From Candidatus Zixiibacteriota bacterium (GTDB lineage Bacteria; Zixibacteria; MSB-5A5; GN15; JAAZOE01): DNA of 30,193 nucleotides. Below, piece by piece: positions 24,956 to 30,193 of the stretch (position 1 is the first letter of the stretch; each line of letters begins with the position of its first letter). The stretch spans positions 1-30,193 of the forward strand of contig JBDREQ010000047.1 in assembly GCA_043819555.1 (NCBI GenBank). The letters are read 5' to 3'. The notes beneath the pieces are model-generated. The model made no database searches. It was not told the DNA's origin and worked only from the letters and a program-made list of their open reading frames with translations. A program made the position numbers and the translations under genes.

Positions 24956-26878
24956 ATGCAAAATTTCGAAACTGTTGAAGTCACCACAGATCTTTTGATC
25001 ATCGGTGGTGGTATGGCAGCTTGTGGCGCGGCAGTTGAGGCTTCCTATTGGGCCAAGAAGAATGGTCTCAAAGTAACTTTAGTCGATAAAGCTGCTATGG
25101 ATCGCTCTGGTGCCGTCGCTATGGGTCTTTCGGCCATAAACCAGTATGTTGGTTTGACCGACGGTGAAAATACGATTAAGGATTATGTAGATTATGTCCG
25201 CATGGACCTTATGGGTATTATTCGTGAAGACTTGGTCGCCAATATCGCTCGTCACGTTGATTCAACCGTCCATCTTTATGAAAAATGGGGTTTGCCGATC
25301 TGGACTGATGAAAATGGCAAATACGTTCACGAAGGTCGTTGGCAGCTTATGATCAACGGTGAATCATACAAAGTTATCGTTGCCGAAGCGGCCAAAAATG
25401 CTTTGGCCGAAGCTAATGGTGAATACTTTGAACGCGTATTCATTACCGAACCTCTAATGGATGGCGATCGCGTTGCTGGCGCAGTTGGTTTCAGCACTCG
25501 TGAAAACAAATATTATGTTTTCCGTGCCAAGGCTGTTATTTGCGCCATGGGCGGAGCTGTTCACGTATTTAAACCGCGCAGCACCGGTGAAGGACTGGGT
25601 CGTGCCTGGTATCCTCCATGGAACTCCGGTTCATCGACGTATTTCACCGCGCGTGCCGGCGCTGAGCTGACATCTCAGGAAATCCGGTTTATCCCGGTTC
25701 GTTTTAAAGATGCTTATGGCCCGGTCGGCGCCTGGTTCCTTCTCTTCAAAGCAGCCGCGACAAACGCCATGGGCGGAAACTATATGATCGAACGCCGTGA
25801 TGAACTTGAAAAATGGAAACCGTATGGTTTGGTAAAACCGATTCCTGCCAATTTGCGTAACTGGCTCGGTATGCTTGACGTTATGGAAGGCAAGGGCCCG
25901 ATCTTCATGCGCACTAACGATGCGATTCAAAAAATCGCCTCTGAAGCAGGCGACGAAAAAACAGCCAAGAAAAAACTCAAAGAACTCGAAGCTGAAGCCT
26001 GGGAAGACTTCCTCGATATGACAATCTCGCAGGCTATCCTATGGGCGGCCAGTAATATTGAACCCGAAAACCGACCTTCCGAAATCGCCGCGGCCGAGCC
26101 GTACTTTATCGGTTCCCACTCCGGCGCTTCCGGCGCCTGGGTTTCCGGTCCGGATGATCTCCAGACTGATGAAACCAGAGATGAATATTTCTGGGGATAC
26201 GCCAACATGTCAACCGCTAAGGGTTTATTCTGCGCCGGTGACGCCTCAGGCGCCTCGTCGCACAAATTCTCCTCAGGTTCACATGCTGAAGGCCGTATCA
26301 GCGGTAAGGCTGCCGTTAAGTTTATCGTTGAAAATAACGATCTGCCAAATCTTGATTCCGGCAAAGTCGATGAGTTTAAAGCTCTCGCCCTCAAACCACT
26401 TGAAGTTTTTGAGACTAACAAAGACAAAACGACCGACCCGGACATCAACCCCAATTATATCCGTCCGAAGATGTTTATGTTCCGTCTTCAAAAGATTATG
26501 GATGAGTATGTCGGCGGTGTTTCGGCTCAGTTTACAACCAATAAAGCCTGTTTGGAAAGAGCCCTTGAACTTCTCACCTTCCTTAAAGAGGACTCTGATA
26601 AACTGGCGGCTGAAGACCTGCACGAACTTCTTCGTGTCTGGGAAAACATCCAGCGCATGTGGCAGGCCGAAGTTCATACCAGAACTATTCTCTTCCGTGA
26701 AGAGACTCGTTGGCCGGGTTACTATCGTCGCTCCGACTTCCCGACTCTGGATGATGAGAAATGGCACAGCTTTGCGAATTGCCGCTGGAATCCAAAATCA
26801 GGCGATTGGGAAATGATCAAACGCCCGATGCTGCATGTTTATCCTGAAGCTTTGGAACATGAACTACTGGGTGGCTGA
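24956..26878 (+). CDS. aprA: Adenylylsulfate reductase alpha subunit (flavoprotein)
   Basis: 640 aa; IIGGGMAACG FAD motif, RSGAVAMGLSAIN, WQLMINGESYK, GRAWYPPW, RFKDAYGPVGAWFLLFK, HKFSSGSHAEGR, REETRWPGYY. Confidence 0.98.
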   Translation: MQNFETVEVTTDLLIIGGGMAACGAAVEASYWAKKNGLKVTLVDKAAMDRSGAVAMGLSAINQYVGLTDGENTIKDYVDYVRMDLMGIIREDLVANIARHVDSTVHLYEKWGLPIWTDENGKYVHEGRWQLMINGESYKVIVAEAAKNALAEANGEYFERVFITEPLMDGDRVAGAVGFSTRENKYYVFRAKAVICAMGGAVHVFKPRSTGEGLGRAWYPPWNSGSSTYFTARAGAELTSQEIRFIPVRFKDAYGPVGAWFLLFKAAATNAMGGNYMIERRDELEKWKPYGLVKPIPANLRNWLGMLDVMEGKGPIFMRTNDAIQKIASEAGDEKTAKKKLKELEAEAWEDFLDMTISQAILWAASNIEPENRPSEIAAAEPYFIGSHSGASGAWVSGPDDLQTDETRDEYFWGYANMSTAKGLFCAGDASGASSHKFSSGSHAEGRISGKAAVKFIVENNDLPNLDSGKVDEFKALALKPLEVFETNKDKTTDPDINPNYIRPKMFMFRLQKIMDEYVGGVSAQFTTNKACLERALELLTFLKEDSDKLAAEDLHELLRVWENIQRMWQAEVHTRTILFREETRWPGYYRRSDFPTLDDEKWHSFANCRWNPKSGDWEMIKRPMLHVYPEALEHELLGG

Positions 26879-26883
26879 TTGGA

Positions 26884-26912
26884 TTGACATTTTTCTATGA
26901 GGATTTTAATAT
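26884..26912 (+). promoter_or_regulatory. Possible sigma70 promoter immediately after the aprA stop
   Basis: TTGACA (26884-26889), 17 bp, TAATAT (26907-26912). Confidence 0.4.
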
Positions 26913-26930
26913 CTTCTTAGGATTGATAAT

Positions 26931-26969
26931 AATAAAATCCTCCGGGCCCAAACCCGGAGGATTTTATTT
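26931..26969 (+). terminator. Strong hairpin/terminator after aprA
   Basis: Perfect 16-bp inverted repeat aataaaatcctccggg / cccggaggattttatt with a 6-nt loop. Confidence 0.75.
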
Positions 26970-27004
26970 GTAACCCAAACCAGATTTTTAAGTATATTGG
27001 ATTT

Positions 27005-27277
27005 ATGAAAAATAATGACACAAATTGTCCGCATTGCGGACAGACAATGAAGAAATGGGCTCCCCCAGACCAATCGACCTGGGGCGATCATCCGCAATAT
27101 GTCTGTTTCAATGACGAATGCGGTTATTATGTTCGGGGCTGGGAACGGATGAGAACGAAATATAATCAATACGCCTCTTATCGCCATCGCTTTGATCCCG
27201 TTACCAGACAAGAAGGGCCATTGCCGGTCTGGGCGCCTGACGCTCACAAAGATGCTATTGTTGAAAACGGAGAGTAA
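27005..27277 (+). CDS. Small Zn-ribbon-like protein of a type seen in sulfate reducers
   Basis: 90 aa; CPHC...CFNDEC with YYVRGW and SYRHRFDP; 5 bp upstream of the next gene. Confidence 0.75.
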   Translation: MKNNDTNCPHCGQTMKKWAPPDQSTWGDHPQYVCFNDECGYYVRGWERMRTKYNQYASYRHRFDPVTRQEGPLPVWAPDAHKDAIVENGE

Positions 27278-27282
27278 ATAGA

Positions 27283-28353
27283 ATGCGGGAAATTGAAAAC
27301 CTCAAGAAAGCCATACTCGAAGAATATCCGCGAATGGATGAGAACAGCGAATTTTGTTTCAAATGTCATAAGGGTGTTCCTTGTTTTAATTTTTGTTGCG
27401 GGGACGTGAATATTTTTCTGACACCTTATGATATTATTCGTTTGAAAATTCGCCTTGGGATAACTTCGGGTGAATTTCTTTCCAAATATACAATTTCTCC
27501 ATTTGACGAAAACGCCCAACATCCGGTGTTGCTCCTTAAAATGGAAGACAATGAAAAGAAATCCTGTCCGTTTGTATCTGAACAAGGATGTACCGTTTAC
27601 GAGGACCGCCCCTGGCCATGCCGTATGTATCCGCTTGGATTGGCCTCCCCCAAAGCCAACCAACCGGATAGTGACAAAGATTTCTTTTTTCTGCTCAAGG
27701 AAGAAACCTGTAAGGGGCACAATGAGGAAAATACTATCACCGTCGCGGAATGGCTCGCCGACCAGGGTATAGAAGAATACAACGAATATGGGAATTGGTT
27801 CAAAGAAATAACTCTCAGCGATTTCTTTGAAAAAGGAAATCACATCGATCCCAAGCGGATGGAGATGTTTTTTACAGCCTGCTATAATATTGATAAATTC
27901 CGGGATTTTGTCTTCAAAAGTAGTTTTCTTGAGAAAATCGAAATCGAAAATGAATTGGTTCAGCAACTCAAGACGGACGATATTAAACTCTTGAAATTTG
28001 CATTTGACTGGATAAAATTCGCTATTTTTGGCGAACCGACAATGCAAATCAAATCCGATGCGCTGGAGACCGGCAAAAAGAAAATGGCTTCCGATATGAA
28101 AGATATCATTCCGGTTCCGAAATGGCGGGCGGTTTTTGGCGGATTCTCGGAAGAACAAAAAGCTATTGCCCTCAAAAGCGACTGGAACTTTATCGAAGGC
28201 ACAACATCACCGGTAGAACTTTCAATTCATATCACTAAACTTTTTGCTGATGGAATGCCGAAAAAAGAAATTATCGATGAACTTGTTAAACGAGGCGTTA
28301 AAAAAGAGGCCGCTTTGGCCCATGTCAGCCTGCTTGAAAATCAGTTGAAGTAA
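27283..28353 (+). CDS. YkgJ family cysteine-cluster (CxxCxxCC) protein
   Basis: 356 aa; FKCHKGVPCFNFCCGD, LTPYDIIRL, CPF...CTVYEDRPWPCRMYPLG, CKGH; GGAG RBS. Confidence 0.85.
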   Translation: MREIENLKKAILEEYPRMDENSEFCFKCHKGVPCFNFCCGDVNIFLTPYDIIRLKIRLGITSGEFLSKYTISPFDENAQHPVLLLKMEDNEKKSCPFVSEQGCTVYEDRPWPCRMYPLGLASPKANQPDSDKDFFFLLKEETCKGHNEENTITVAEWLADQGIEEYNEYGNWFKEITLSDFFEKGNHIDPKRMEMFFTACYNIDKFRDFVFKSSFLEKIEIENELVQQLKTDDIKLLKFAFDWIKFAIFGEPTMQIKSDALETGKKKMASDMKDIIPVPKWRAVFGGFSEEQKAIALKSDWNFIEGTTSPVELSIHITKLFADGMPKKEIIDELVKRGVKKEAALAHVSLLENQLK

Positions 28354-29004
28354 TTAACAAGGTAGTCGAATTTCACTCAAATTCCCGGATGAAAAATCAT
28401 AAACTGGGATTACGGTCGGATTTATTTTCGGGATATTTATTGGCTCAACATTTGGACATGCATTTGACGCATCAATAATCAAGTAGGAATAGCCGCGAAT
28501 AATTTCATCTTCCGATTTAAGCGATTTCGTATATTCATCTAAGTAATCAATAAACAAGCCATGCAATTCTGGCACATTAATCATCAATCTGTAAATGGCA
28601 AAACGAGTTCCCCGTTCAAACGGCTCTTCCCATAAGAATAATGGCAGTCGCTCAGCATATTCCGGAATTAACCGGGGAACATTTATTAAAATTTCGCCGA
28701 TCGTTTCGGGGGCTCGACGGCATAATCCGCCCGATTCATCATTCATCATCCAGAAAAGCTGGCGTATTTGTTTGCGGACTTTTTCGAGATCGGTTTTGCC
28801 GATAATGCCGGCCGCCAACCCAATCATATCGATGGCACGCCAATAGATTATCGGATCAGTATCAAACAATAGCGAAGTTAATGGCCTGAAAATATGCTTT
28901 TTTCCCGAGGCCCAGTCACGAATTTTAGTTTTATCATATTCCTGAATAGCATGAAGGATTTCCTGCTTTGTGATTCTCTTTGATCTACCTGCAGATGATG
29001 GCAT
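28354..29004 (-). CDS. DVU0298-like HEAT/PBS-repeat protein
   Basis: IYWRAIDMIG and RQLFWMMNDESGG...APETIGEI signature. ATG 29004 preferred over the in-frame non-ATG start at 29040. Confidence 0.7.
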   Translation of the reverse strand: MPSSAGRSKRITKQEILHAIQEYDKTKIRDWASGKKHIFRPLTSLLFDTDPIIYWRAIDMIGLAAGIIGKTDLEKVRKQIRQLFWMMNDESGGLCRRAPETIGEILINVPRLIPEYAERLPLFLWEEPFERGTRFAIYRLMINVPELHGLFIDYLDEYTKSLKSEDEIIRGYSYLIIDASNACPNVEPINIPKINPTVIPVYDFSSGNLSEIRLPC

Positions 29005-29503
29005 CTGATAATTCGCTAACCCAATCCAATAGAATACCAAGGACTAAACACTTACTTTTTCCTTTTCCTTCGATGCCAGAAAATATAATTATGTTCTATT
29101 CCTCACTAATTGAGTTAATTTAAAATCAGTTTTTAGCCTAGCCCTCATCTCACTTAATCAAATTTGCCATTATGATAAGGCACACCAATATGAATCTGAA
29201 TATATAATTTACCGCATCCCTTGACTTTATTCAAATATTTAATTTTATTTTCGTTTAAGAATAATTGTGACTTTTTCAACAACAAAGCTTTGTCCGTTAA
29301 CCTTTAAAAAGAATTTGGATTAATTCCAAATTGAATTTATCTGCATTCACACTGGCCTTTTACCACCGATCAATGGATGGCTTTAAATGTGATTTATTTT
29401 ACATATCTCATAGCATTTTGGTTGACATTAGAATTAGGTGAATTATGTTATAACAAAGTATTATATAATCACAATAATGGTATGAATGAGGAGATATGAT
29501 ACT

Positions 29504-29842
29504 ATGAGTGACTTGGAAGGGCAAAATAAGAAATCTTCAAATAAATCCTTTAATGAGCGTGCTATTGACTATTTACTCGGGTTAGGTCCAAATTTATTCA
29601 TAAAGACAATAAATGCCCTTATGCTGGGATTTTTTGCATTTCTAGTAACAGAACTACTAGATTACGGCTTTCGAGGTGAAGGATTTGGCGAAGCAGCAAT
29701 GCCTGCTGCGGTAATCACAACTTTAATTTTTCTTTTAATCTTCTTTATTTTACAAAGCATAGAATTTTGGCTCAATGGGGAATGGCCTGAATGGTTAAAA
29801 GATATAACACGCCGGGCATTGAATCTTAAGGAGAAAAGATAA
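29504..29842 (+). CDS. Hypothetical membrane protein (2 TM)
   Basis: AGGAGA RBS 9 nt before ATG 29504; two hydrophobic helices; ORF open from 29486. Confidence 0.6.
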   Translation: MSDLEGQNKKSSNKSFNERAIDYLLGLGPNLFIKTINALMLGFFAFLVTELLDYGFRGEGFGEAAMPAAVITTLIFLLIFFILQSIEFWLNGEWPEWLKDITRRALNLKEKR

Positions 29843-30144
29843 TGCTACCATTCGCATATTTTGTCAGATCAATATATGGGATAATAGTATTTTTTCTCGT
29901 GACTATTATTCTCAGATTTATGCAATTGAAGGGATTTTTCCCTGAATATATTCAATATGCGATATGCGGTATATTCAGTTCATTGTGCATGATCTACTAC
30001 TATTTTAAAATGGAATATAATTTCAATTTCATATTAGCCAAAATTACTGTAAAACCTAAGAGTAGTATTATTTTGATATTACGGTCTCTAGATTTTCTAT
30101 TTGTACGTCGTCAAAACCTTTCGTATTTTGTATTTCAAATATAA
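29842..30144 (+). CDS. Hypothetical hydrophobic protein
   Basis: 100 aa; AAGGAG RBS and TAATG overlap with the previous gene; very AT-rich. Confidence 0.45.
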   Translation: MLPFAYFVRSIYGIIVFFLVTIILRFMQLKGFFPEYIQYAICGIFSSLCMIYYYFKMEYNFNFILAKITVKPKSSIILILRSLDFLFVRRQNLSYFVFQI

Positions 30145-30193
30145 GAGACACCTTTTCTCATTGCAATCACTTTCTTATGCCATCACATATTGT

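Noticed and set aside
25927..26816. 252-aa alternative-frame ORF and 175/162-aa antisense ORFs within aprA
   Set aside because: They are Pro/Ser/Arg-rich shadow translations of aprA with no RBS or domain signal.
26876..26878. Selenocysteine readthrough of the aprA TGA
   Set aside because: AprA is already full length and another in-frame stop follows within a few codons.
27244..28158. 304-aa ORF antisense to the YkgJ gene
   Set aside because: Phe-rich shadow frame opposite a gene with a clear Cys-cluster signature.

Overview
A 30 kb bacterial chromosomal window from an anaerobe with dissimilatory sulfur metabolism. The gene repertoire suggests candidate phylum Zixibacteria or a similar lineage, but that is inference only. 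The right third holds sat-aprB-aprA on the + strand, transcribed divergently from a lone qmoC with no qmoA/qmoB in the window. The shared 737-bp intergenic region carries four Rex/CRP-type palindromes. Downstream of qmoC lie a YeiH/PSE-family anion transporter, a small membrane protein and a ferritin-like protein. Downstream of aprA lie a Zn-ribbon protein, a YkgJ Cys-cluster protein and a convergent DVU0298-like HEAT protein. The middle contains a ThDP decarboxylase plus ALDH pair resembling the 2-oxoglutarate decarboxylase/succinic semialdehyde dehydrogenase TCA bypass. It also contains three tandem ~680-aa paralogues with a GT-C-like polytopic membrane domain and C-terminal TPRs (TMEM260/TMTC-like architecture), facing away from FAD-binding, polysaccharide deacetylase and ATP-grasp genes. 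The left part has a TPR lipoprotein, a GNAT, a cytochrome-c-fused non-quinol cytochrome bd-like pair, corA, mscS and REP-like palindromes. No rRNA, tRNA, CRISPR array or transposase was seen. All assignments come from motif recognition by eye, without database searches.
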